From contig CM119263.1 of NCBI GenBank assembly GCA_051294375.1, forward strand, positions 17,570,628-17,634,627: a DNA stretch of 64,000 nt, in the 5' to 3' direction. Source of the DNA: Paraspadella gotoi (Eukaryota > Animalia > Chaetognatha). The stretch's first letter is position 1. The number at the start of each line of letters is the position of its first letter. The notes under the pieces are model-generated. The model did no database searches and had not been told where the DNA came from. It saw only the letters and a list, made by a program, of their open reading frames with translations. Positions 1 through 32,004 of the stretch are shown in pieces. Position numbers and translations under genes: made by a program.

Positions 1-984
1 AAAAAATTTTAAACTATAAAATTATAAATGTTGTATCTATTACACATTTAGATTAAGCTGTGTTTGATATTTTAGAAACGTTAATACCGCAAGAAGAACT
101 TAAAAACTTATCTGAAATTTAAGTATATTTATTCATTTTATTACGAACCAGAGAGCAAATTGAGGGTTATATTGCTTCCTTTAAGTCTTAAGATGAGTAA
201 GTTTTAAGTGGGTTTCATTTTAATGGTTAAAATACTATTATGCATGTTATGATAATTAGATCTCATGTTAAAAATTATGATAAAATATCCACACCAAAAA
301 AAAACAATGCCTATTTATCTACATAAGCTCGGAAACAAAAAACACAAATAAAAAAACTTTTACCCATTCAAATTTTTTCGTTGCATAATATTTCTTTAGA
401 AATTTTCCAAATTATTTTTAACCTTCGTTTTTTATCAAATTTTTTTTTTCTTCCGAAAATTCTCTTTAAAATTTCCACATCCACTCTCTACGCATTCGCT
501 TCCATCTCACTTCCATCACTTTCAACACGCCACCCCATCATCTATTGACTCGCAACATCCCATCAACCTCAACCCCATCATAATCGCCCGATTTCTAAAA
601 CGGCTCCGACTTCACCGTCGCCCCGGATCATTCATCCCATTCTCCTCCGCCTTTTCCTTCAAACGCTGCTCCGTTCCTTCCTCGCGAACAGACGATGGCT
701 GCTACGAGAAAAAACGTTGGGTTCCATCGGCCATGGTGGCGCGAGCTTCACTCAACGACGAAGAGTTGGTGAGTGAGGACGCGGGTAGGGATCCTTGGGT
801 GAGGAATGACTGAAGTCAATTTGGAGAACGAGATGGGCCAGGTATAACCAGGCGATGGTAAGTAATGATTGACGGAGGGGAGAAAGTAATGTGGCTTAGA
901 GGGGTCAACCACAAGGTCCATATTCTTTTTTTCTTTCATCTCTCTCTCTCTCTCTCTTCTCTCTTCTCTCTCTCTCTCTCTCTT

Positions 985-1038
<54 letters not shown>

Positions 1039-2487
1039 AACTCTACCCACCGCAGAAAATGCACGTCTACAAAAAGACTCTGCAGGCGTTGATCTACCCC
1101 ATTTCAAGCACCACGCCCACAACTTCGTGGTGTGGACGGCGACGTCGCCGACCTATTTGTTACGAGTGCGAGGGCCTGTTGTGGGGAGTCGCCAGGCAGG
1201 GAGTGAGGTGCACGGAGTGCGGTGTCAAGTGCCACGAAAAATGCAAGGATCTACTCAACGCCGATTGCCTGCAACGTGAGTGTATAGTATAATTTTTTTT
1301 TTCCAACATATGAGAAAAAAAAGAAAGAGAATACAAAAAAAACAACACCTGCCGATAAAGTTGCTTTTTCTGTTGGTAAATCTGAAATTTTTTTTTTTAA
1401 ATCGCCAGGCGCCGCCGAAAAAAGCTCAAAACACGGCGCAGAAGACAAAACTCAAAACATCATTTCAGCGATGAAAGAAAGAATGAAAGTCCGAGAGAGA
1501 AACAAGCCCGAAATTTTTGAACTAATCAGGTACGGATAAGTTTCAGCTTTTCTTCTTTTCCTCCTTTCTCTCCTCCCTTCCTCCCTTTCTTCCTTTTCTC
1601 CCGAGTTCCATCCTTTCTTTATCTTTTTGAGGCTCTCGCTTTTATCTTTGTCTTTCTCTAATCGATTTAAGTGTAAAAATTGTCAATTCTATTCTTTAGT
1701 AACACATTGCAGATTGTGCAATGGAATATGAATAATCCATTAAATACTTCTCTATCTCATTTCCCTCTCTTTTAAAAAAAAAATGCTTCAATGGAATCTT
1801 TTGTTGATTATTTTTATTTTTTTTTTTTTTTTTTTTTCTTTGAAACCAAACGAGGTTTTCGCTTTCGATTAAGTTCGATTCTCAGTTTCAACGCATTATT
1901 CATAAACTCGCTCATTTTTGTTGCCCTCTTGAGATTAAAAAAAAAATTGTATTAGAATAAATTTAACATGGACTTAAAAATGGGTGAACCGTTTTACTCC
2001 TCAAATTTTTCATTTAATTTTCGTCTTTTTCGTTTTTTTTTTGTTTTTTTTGGGTGGGTTTTTTGGGGGCGTAGAGAGGTGTTTGCAGTGGATTCCAGGT
2101 CACACGTGGGCCACGTGAAAGCCGTCAAGCAAAACATTTTGGACGGAACATCAAAGTGGTCCGCCAAGTTAAGCATCACAGGTAAAAGGAGCGTCGACTC
2201 TGCAGAGAGATAGAGAGAGAGAGAGAGACTTCCAACTTCGTCATGAGCGAGAGAGACAATTCACTGCGTTGCTCATTTGTTTATCTTCGTCGTAGTGGTG
2301 ATGGTGTTCTCTTTTTTTTCTCGTGTTTCCCTCTCCACATTGAAGAGGTCGCTGCGGTTGACACTTCGATAAAAAACATTTTTGCCGTTTTTATTGAAAA
2401 ATTTTAAAAAATTTTTTTTTCTTTTAGTTTTTTAAATTTATTTAAATTAAATTTTATTTAATTTTTTCGTTAATCCTGTTTTCGATT
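1..2487 (+). pseudogene. unc-13: Near-identical duplicate of 5135-7626 (four unc-13 exons) with frameshifting indels; probable haplotig/assembly duplication
   Basis: Intron and exon sequence is collinear with 5135-7626. Single-base indels occur in exons (cgcccac vs cgccccac; cctatttgt vs cctattgt; gttgggttcc vs gttggggttcc). The copy lies out of exon order, next to an N-gap. Confidence 0.8.
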
Positions 2488-2724
2488 GTATTTGATCTCT
2501 CTCTTTTGAGAGGAGAATGGCGTTTTTTTGTCCGAGAGTGGAGTCCACCGATCCGATCGACTCATGACCCATGACCCATGACCCTTCTACTCCCTTCACC
2601 CCNNNNNNNNNNNNNNNNNNNNNNNNNNNNNNNNNNNNNNNNNNNNNNNNNNNNNNNNNNNNNNNNNNNNNNNNNNNNNNNNNNNNNNNNNNNNNNNNNN
2701 NNNNNNNNNNNNNNNNNNNNNNNN

Positions 2725-22282
<19,558 letters not shown>

Positions 22283-23132
22283 TCGAACTACGTAGTACGA
22301 ATTACATTCGGGTTTAAAGTAAAGCGAATACGACGACGACTCAAACTACGGAGCTTCTCATCTCTTCCAACGAAATTCGCCGCTTTAAAGTTCTTCATGA
22401 TGACAGTCGATACCCCTCTGGTGCTAACAACAACAAAAATGACCGCAACGACCAGATTTCGCCGCTCCAAAGGTTTCCACGCCTCGCATCGACTGAGCCA
22501 ATTCGCTTTCCTTCGCAAAATCTTTAAAAAAGTCAAAGAAATTAAAGGGTGTTTCATGAACACCTCAATTTCAGGCGACGGCAACGACGACGACGACGTG
22601 GAAACGAATTTCGAGTCGCGCCTCTGAATATTTTTTTTTTTTGGTGCCAAACTTGGTCAAAAACTTAGCCCAGCACTCAAAAGGTATTTTTATTTAATTT
22701 AATTGTTTCTGGAACGTACTACGTATGTAGGTATTTTCTTTTTATTTTCGGTATTTTTAAGCTTGTAAAATAGTTTTAAGGGCGTACGTATCTATATAAA
22801 ACAGCTCAACTCTTGAATAAAAAAATTTGAACAACTTCTTTTCTTATGTACTCGCCCACATATCATTAGATTTTTTAAAAAAACACCAGCCACTTTCCAT
22901 AATTTTTTTTAAGAAACCCAAATTAGTGCTACAAAATGTATGTACATTTATTACTTTTTCTCTTTTTTTTTTCAAAATTACCGCTCCACCAAAGCTTTTC
23001 AACTATACCACTTTGTATGTAGTTTCTTTTTAAATCATCATTTAATGTCAAAAAAGTCAAAAAAGCTACTGCTTTTAATTGATTTTAAACAAGGATTTAA
23101 GTGGCATTTCTTAGTCCACCCTTTTTAAGTTG

Positions 23133-23177
23133 TCGTTCGTTCGTTCGTTCGTTCGTTCGTTCGTTCGTTCGTTCGTT
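23133..23177. repeat. (TTCG)n microsatellite
   Basis: tcgttcgttcg.. tandem array. Confidence 0.9.
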
Positions 23178-23407
23178 GTTTCCGTTTTGGAATTTAAATG
23201 AGTTTCGCTCATTTTTTTTATTTTTCAGTCGTCTCTCTTTCACTATACATTCCAAGTCTAAGAAGATAAGTTTCTCTCTTTCTATCCGCCGCTAACGAAA
23301 GAACATCGTGTTGTTAAGTTCAGCTTTTCCCGCCGTTTGTAGTAGTGGCCACAAGTACAAAAAAGTAGGAAAAAGTCGCTATGTAGTCGTGTGTCTTTCT
23401 ACCCACA

Positions 23408-23454
<47 letters not shown>

Positions 23455-26400
23455 CCCTCGCTTCAAATATGACTATCCGTTGTGTTTCCTTCGCGTGGTA
23501 TAGTAAAACCAAAAAAAAAACTCGCCTTAACTCCAGTTCCTCCCATATTTTCCGACATTTTTTCCGTTAATCGTTGATTGTTCGTTCGTGTGTGTGCTTC
23601 TTGTAGATCAAAAAAAAAAGTGGAGAAACCGATACGAAATAAACAAAACGAACGGAAACCAAATAAGAACTCACAACCGTAACGAAAGGATTTCATTTTT
23701 CGTTTTCGGTTTTTCGGCTTTTTTTGTCCGATTAGAACAACTTCTTTAGTCTAGAAATGTTCAAGTTTTTACGAGTATCTAAGAAAGGTAGTGAAAAAGA
23801 TTGGAGGCAATCCGGTTCCTTCGGAAAAAGATCTGAAAAAGAGATCTTCATTACCCGAAAAAAAAAAGTATGAAATGATTTCTTTTGTCGAAAATGAAGA
23901 CACCGAAGTTGAGAGAGAGAAAAAAAAAAACGGAAAATACCCGATGGCCTTTTTTGAGGAGAAATTAATGAAAACAATTTGTGACAAGATTTCTAAAGAG
24001 GGCGCTAACTTAAGGCGACTCGGGCTTTTCTACAAGATCGATCGTCGAATTGTTCAAATACGTGGGTCGCCCGCGCCGGACCTTTCTCCATTTCCAAGAG
24101 TGTATTCTCAAAACAGAGACGAACTAGAGTAGGGCGTCCATGAATTGGAAAGGCCTTGCTGCTGACTCTATAAGAGCGTAACAAGTGAAAAGTTACATTA
24201 AGATGATAAAACAGAAATTTTGGAATCCTCGGCTTTGTTCTATCCTCCATTTACCAAGAGCGATTGCCGTTGGGGAAAAAAAAACGAAACGCTTCCCAAA
24301 GTATCACGTCGCATTGCGTAGACTTCACGAAACCGCAACGTAGACGCTTCCACGGCTTCAATTTATGGTTCTGCATTCGTCAAAGCAAGAAAGATGATGC
24401 TACAGGATATATATATATATATATTAGTTGGCTCATTTTGTAATGAATTGAAAATGACGAAATCCACCACGACAACCACAACGACGACAACTCCTTTCAC
24501 CACTCCCATCTGTGATTCTTTTGTAGTTTTAGGTTCTAAATTTTGCAACAAAAAAAAACAAACAAACAAACAAAAACGATATAATGCCCCGATTCACTGA
24601 AAATGTTCCTACAAACACTTGCTAAAAAACCAAACCACCCCATTTCATGTATAACCGCAATCTTTCAAAGGCGTGGCGCCGTGGCGCGCTCTCGTCTCCC
24701 AACATTTTTTTTCTCCATTCGATAAATTGTGAGTTTCACGCGCCTTGTTGTTTCCATTTCCCACAGGGTTAGGGCTTCATTCCCCCCGCAACCCTGTCCT
24801 TTACTTCACCGATACCTTGAGATTCACGGAAAATACATTTGAGTTGGTGCCGGCTTCGTCGCCAATAATGAGGCATTGTTTTCTCGGCCTACCATCATGT
24901 CAGGCGGCGTTGCTTCTTGAAACTTTCGCTAAATCTTTGGGCATATATGCTTACAGCTGGCAAGCTTGGTCGTGTATGCGTGAGTGTTATGTTTGGGCAA
25001 AATCTTCGAACATGCAAACTATCCGCGTGCGCGACTTCAAGTTTGATCCTCGTCTGCGTGCGCATCCCCTGTTTCTCCCTTTCCCTACCCACTCCCTTCC
25101 GCCCTCGAGTAGAATGTGCGTTCGTGAGACCTGGCGATCTTATGTTTCATACTTTAGCAACTGGTTAATTTCTCAACGAGATGACAAAAGTTGGAAAACA
25201 GGGGGAAAAAAAACTATCACAGAGCTCGTAGTAAGCTTTTTCGCTATCTTGTTTCGAGCAACTTATTATCTACTGATCAAAGGATTACACGATTCGGTTA
25301 GTCTTAATTCTCAAACAAATTTCTATTTAGGTTATAAAAAAAAAACGAAACAGCAACATATCTGACCAACAAACCTGAAAAATCCAACGAATCGCTCACT
25401 TGAATAATTTTAAAAAAATGATTTTTGAACCAAAAAATCGGTTGCAATCTCTGTCTTTGTCAAAAATTTCACGTCGAATTTAGATAAAAGTGCTTGTCTC
25501 TCTGCTCGGCATGAATTAATGAACATCTTTAAAATAAAAGAATGAAAAAAAGTTCGGATGAAATTTGCCAGAATATGGCAATGTAACAAAAAAAACCAAT
25601 TACACCTAAAAGCCCAAAACAAAAATGATATAGATTTCGTTTTGTTTGTCACCGTCATCCACAGTCTTTTGAGTAGATAGATTTGACAAAACCCTATATT
25701 AATACAATTATAATTTTTACGCGTTTGTTAACTTATTTTTCATAAAACAAAGCCGATTTGCAAATGCGTATTATTTGTATTTGTATATGTACATAAATTT
25801 ATTTTGTAACAATTTTCCTGTACAGCTCAAATAATAAAAAAAAGTCGTTGTCGTCAAAAAAAGACGAGTCACATATTTTTTTTCAATAGCCAAACTACTT
25901 TTAATTCGCCAACAAAAGAGCAGCTTCTGTTATTTGTTTTAGCGTAAAAAAGGCATTATAAATGGTTGTACTTCTTGAAAGAAATTGTATTTTATTTGAA
26001 ATCACGCGATATTGTAACTGTTTTACTTTTACACACCATTTTATGACGAAAAAATTTAGTAATTTAGATTTTTTTCGGAACTGCGACGTATTTTTTCACT
26101 GCTTTTCCCTATTTACACAATGTGTATTCCAGGAGATATTATTTTTAAAATACCGATCATTATTATCATTAATAGTACTCCCTTGTTTTGAGGTTTATTT
26201 ATTTTTTTTTTAAGTTATGATTATGGTGAAAAAAACCGCCAGAATGTGTCTAGAAATAAATAACGGTACTAATTTTGCAATTTAGGATTCTTTGCTCCAA
26301 CACTATCTTGAGCGGCCGTTTGCTGAAAGCGATAATTGTATTCCTTTGGAAAACCTAAATACGTAAATAATTTTTCTGCCTTTTTATTACAAATATTACT

Positions 26401-27330
26401 ATAATTAATATTATCATCGTCTAAGGCGATTTGTTTTCTTTTTTATACAGCGTCTCTCTCTCTCTCTCTCCCTCTCTCTTCCTCTCTCTTTCTCTCTCTC
26501 TCTCTTAACTCTATCTCTCTCTTCGTGTGTTCATATCATTCATACCTTTCCGTTTTTTATCTAAACTGCGCGATATCTGACGACATGCGACATCAATGTC
26601 ATGTGAAAGTGATACGTTTATTTATTTAAACTGATACGAAAAAAAAAAATAGTACATGACATGACGAAAGTTCGTGTGTTTCTTAACTCTTTCTTACCCA
26701 TTTTTCTCTTTTCTTTTTTGTTCTTTTTATCCCTTGCTCTCTTTTTTTATTCTTTTTTCTCTCACTTTCTCTTTTAATCTCTCTTTTTTTTTCACTCCAT
26801 CCCCTTCCATTTTTTTTCGTTTACATCTTGGAGAGTTTGAATTTTTGATAGGAAATCATTTATTGTGTGACATTATAGTGTTCCCTAACCTTTCTTCATC
26901 TAAGCTCACCTCTTTCGATTGGGGGTCGCGTTTTCTTTCCGCGCACGTAAAACGGAAGCTTATTTAGAACTATTAAAAAAAAGTTTTGATAAATAAACGC
27001 GCCCTGACCATTGGGAACGGGGATATTTCATGAGGTGACTCTCAATGTTTCTTTTAATTTTTTTTCCAGTAAAGCAATAGCACAATTTATATGATTAATA
27101 AAGTTTATTATTAATTATTTCATTATCGACGTTATTATTATCAATTCTGATTATGAAAAAATGTGTTTTAATGTAAAGTGCATAAATCTTTTCATTTGTG
27201 AATTGTATCTTCTGATTTTACAAGATAATACAATTATGCTGAATCCTGTTAGGTTTTATTTCTTTCCTAGAATTGGTGAGAAACTAGAAAATAATAATCG
27301 GTATATATGAAATTTTTACAACCAATAAAA

Positions 27331-27500
27331 AAATTATCCATTCATTAAATAAATAAGCTGTCCTGCCCCTGACTTTGGACAGGCTTTGGTGGTTTAAGGC
27401 CTGCATCACTCTTACAAAATAATGACATAACAGGTCCATGCAAGCTTTCAATCAAGACTCTCTCACAGTCTCGTTTATTCACTCCCAGAGTACCTTGCTT
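27331..27500 (+). repeat. Interspersed repeat family A, copy 2
   Basis: Near-identical to 21545-21708. Confidence 0.85.
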
Positions 27501-28276
27501 CTCTATTTTTATTCTCTTTTTTATTCAAATGTACTTTTAACTGAAAATGAAGAGAAAAAAAGCTAGTAACGATTACGTTTTTTGTTTTCAAAACGCATTT
27601 ATTTTGGCAATTACTAAAAGTAAAACTAATTTCTACCTTAATTATTTACTTAATAGTGCCAGTCGCGCAGTTGTTTCAACTTTTATTAAGGTAATTAGAT
27701 TAACACATTTACAAATTCTTTTCAATAAAGTCATTAAGAACATAATAACAAATCTAATTTAACAAGAAAAAATAATAGTTTTTAAGTAAATGATATTTCA
27801 ACCGATTTTCGTACATAGATTGGCCCAGATCTGGTTCATAAATAGTAAATATCTGTACAATATTAAAATTCATGCCATACACCTGTAAACCGAGGATTCA
27901 AACCGAACTATTATTTAAAATTTATAAAAATAATAGTAAATAAAATGTTGCATCGCTACCCGCTGAATCCATCGGAATTCGGCGAATTTGTTCTAGAATT
28001 ATAAAATTTAGAACATATATCGAGACAAGTAGATATAAAACTAAACAGTTATCAATCAAAACAATTTTACGCTTCACTCAGAATTATGCATTTAATCGTA
28101 AGCGTGAGCCCGTCGCTATTCTAAATATAATACGCCCAGTGCCCACATCCTTTTGGCTCGATCCGCGTAAGTCGGGGTCGAAATATACACATGTGAAAAA
28201 AAAAATTAACTTAACATAATATATATGTATATAATTCGACGTCTGGTATCTAACTGGTGGTTCGACTCGTCGTACT

Positions 28277-31200
28277 TCACATGCAGCAGAATCGCTGAAA
28301 CCAAGTGATTTTAGGTCGGTTTCTCTTGCTCGATGGGCGAAGCATCATCATTTCGTTGGGCGTCATCGGCTTCGTTCCATCCGGGTCTTTTCCGTAATAG
28401 TAACCGTCGCCGGCGTCGTCTTCGTCGCTCTTTTGTTCGACAGGTGATTCCGCCTACGGGGCAACGTGACAGCATGTATCAGGTACCTCTGGTAAACTTT
28501 TTTTTTTATAAGTTAATCGGTAAATATTAAAGTCACTGACTTGGAGGTTTCCACCGAGCGAGATGGTCTTCGGCAGATCCGAGGAGGCCACTTCTCCCGC
28601 GATGTTTATGTCGAATTTGAGTTTTTCCGGCAACTTTTCTCCGTCCGGACGCTGCATGTGCCGGAAAGTGACGGGGTAAGGTTTCAGGCAGGATAAAAAA
28701 AAATGACGGGGCGTTAATCATTGGGAGGGAAGGGAATTAATGAATGAAAAAGGAAGGATTAATGTTTCCTTGTTACCAATGAGCTATGAAAAATTGAACA
28801 TACATATGAACAAAAATTGAACATACATACAAAGAAAGACTCCGTTTACGTACTGAAACCAAATAGCTTCAATCACCGGTTTAATAAATAACTAATGTCA
28901 CCATTGTTTAGTTTTTTACCTTTCTCTAACAAAAAAAAGAATTAGAATATACATATACTTACATACATACATACACAATATACATATTTACGAGATGCCG
29001 AATTCTATATGGGATAATGGATATTCGATGTATTCGATATTGGAAAAGGATATAGTGAAAATTTTATAATACTTTTCACCGCCTTATTAAAGTGCAAAGT
29101 TTCTATACAATACACATATAAAAACGTTCTTCGGTGCAATATCAGTTAAATGTTTCCAGAGTAAAAAGCGAAGGTAACGCGATTGTAGAAGAAAGGAAGT
29201 CATACGTGTTGCGCCAAAACTCCATCATCGTTTATGAAGTTAAAATCGCTTCTTTTTTCAGTAAACTTTCTCATTTTTTTTATATCCTATCCTTTTTCCT
29301 TCCTCTTTCTTCTGTAACCTTACTCTCTTTCTTCCCCACTCTCTTTAATACTAGTAAATATCTAGTATCTACTCTTTTTTCCTTTTCATTTCCTTTCCTC
29401 AAATTCCTAAAATCCCTCATTTTTCCCAACTACTTATTTTTTTTAACACGTTTTATCTCAAACGGACAAACAAAACACAAAACCGAACTTTCTTTTGTCT
29501 GTCCAATTACGTAGCTATAGTCTCCGTAACTACGTATCAAAGCCTTAATCCCAATCCGCTTACGTCTTCCAATCTACAACAGTATCTATCCCCGGGCGGT
29601 CTGGTTCTCTTTTCTCCTACTCCTCCTCCTCCATCTCCATCCCCTCACCTGCAGCATCTGCAACGTGACCATGGCGGGAAAGCTATTTCGCTTCGACCCG
29701 TCCCCGATGCCCTCGAAGGGCAAGTCGACGAGCATCTGCTTCGCCACGCTTGGGTCTATCGGATACTGCTGCAGCTCCATCGAGTTCTGCCGCAGCTCCT
29801 GCACGCTCTGTGGTTGCGTCGACTGCGACTGCAAGGCCTCGCCGATTTCTACGACGGGCACGACGAGGTTTTTCAACGAGGTGTCGTCGTCGCCGGGTTC
29901 TGTCTGACATCCCATTTCCGTCGTCGTCGTCGTCTTCTTCTTTTTCTTCTTCTTTTTCTCGGACTCTTCGATCTCTCCCGACGGAGAATCTCTCTCCTTC
30001 TTTTTCGATTTTCTCGATTTCTCCTTTTTCACTTTTTTGTCCACCTTGTTTTGGTTTTTTTGATTTTTTTTTGTTTTGTTTTGTTTTTTGTTTTGAATCC
30101 AAAAAAAAGGAAGGTCGGGGAAAACGAGTGAAAAACAAAACGGTTTTTGAGGGAAACATTTTGATTGGTTCACGAACACTTACAAGCGTTACATGTCCTG
30201 ATAACCGAATTTCCTTATTCGTTTCTCAAAAGCAGATGTCAGTTAGTTAATCAGATGGCATTATTGATTAAACCCCAATCCCCCCCCCCGAATCCTCGTA
30301 TTACCTCAACTGGAATGTCGGCGGCGACCTCGGCGCCAATCGCCGGTGCAGATTCGGGGGCCTCTTCAACATTGGCGATCACCAGATCGTTGGCGACGGC
30401 GGCGTCTTCCAGCTGGAACGCAGCCACGAGCGCCTCCTTTTCCTCTTCCAGAGAAGAAGCGGACAGGCGCGATTTGACGTCCTTGAGTGGCGGGGCGAAG
30501 GAAGCGGAGGAATTTAAGGCCGATGGTTCGTCGCTTTTGTCAATCGAATGTCGAAGATCTAAAAAGAGAGATATGAGGATCATTATCATCCTTATCATTA
30601 TCATCGTCAATATTTTTAAGAATCATTATCATCATCAGTTTTATTAATTTAATATCATCAATATTATCAATATGATGATTGATGAACAACATCATCACGA
30701 ATATTATTAGGGAAATATTAGCGTCGTTGTTCTTTACATCGAATAGATTAACCGATTCATGTTGAATGTAGTCGTTTATTTTACTGTGATTGCCCGACGC
30801 CCGTCCCTCTTTCCAATCAATCAAATCATTAAAAGTGGTTTTTTTTTCCAATAATTAGGAGTAATACGTTTGTTATTGTCAGAATAGAAATGTACATAGA
30901 TTTTTTTTTTCAGTGGTGACAGATTTAAAACAATTTTGTAATATGATTTTAATGATATAATCGCTAATTATTTATTCGGTATAATTGTACAATTGTCAAC
31001 ATGATTAGCGCGTTAATTTGGCAGATTTCGTGGTTTCATCGCGTTAAATCGCCGAAAAAGTGAGATCGACCGCGAAAAGCAGGCGGATTTTCCAGGCACA
31101 ATGGAAACTGCGGAGCCTTTGATTCATTGAAGTTAATATTGCCTGTTCAAACAGTTTAATTATGTCTTAATAACGCAGCATTTATCAATTATCGAAGCCC

Positions 31201-31376
31201 TCGATAACCGAGTACAAGGTCTTGGAGACTAATTGTCAATAATTTGAATTCACGTAAGATGTGGCCTTTTCAGTAAAGAAAAATGAAGAAAAAAGTAAGT
31301 ACGCACATTAAATTTGAAAGCTTTACTATGTCGTATATGTCTCTTTGTTCCGAATTTATTGATGTCAAATTAAAAT

Positions 31377-31429
<53 letters not shown>

Positions 31430-31928
31430 TTTCTCTTCCTCTTTAATTCTTTCTTTTTCTCTTTCGCTTTTTTTTTATTTTTTAAAATTTTTTTTGCTCT
31501 TTATCTTTACCTTTAATCCTTTCGCACTTTTATAAAAAATGGTGAAATATCAAATGATCCCGATAAACTAAGTCTGAGTCAGTGAAAGCATGCGATTCGA
31601 TGAATCAGCGACATAATTAACAACGACTCCAAACGCACGCCATAATTGTGAAAAGTGGGTTTGCTGTGCAAAAAAAAAACCAAAATAGCAACGAGACCAG
31701 AGAAGACACCAACTACGTCTATTCGATACTCACCTGGTTTATTCTCAAAGATTTGCTCCTGCTCTTGCTGCATTTGCGGCATGATCTTGTCAACGTCGTC
31801 CTCAGCTGCCGCGGAATCTCTGCGCATGGATGCGGCATCACCGGGAGTCTCCTGATATCCGGAATCGTGCGTCGAGGAGACTTCTGAGTTGTCGAGGGGA
31901 TGTGTCACTCCTTTTAGATTAGGGGGTA

Positions 31929-32004
<76 letters not shown>

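Noticed and set aside
748-1122. ORFs with RERERE/SLSLSL runs (also 4332, 5958, 17405, 38310, 38583, 41468, 47626)
   Set aside because: They are translations of (AG)n/(CT)n microsatellites or antisense to real exons.
24745-25365. 206-aa ORF
   Set aside because: TTG start, no recognisable motif or splice structure. Probably a repeat fragment.
26577-26620. CTGACGA...GAAA hammerhead-like spacing
   Set aside because: The stem II closing pair, stem III and cleavage triplet do not form.
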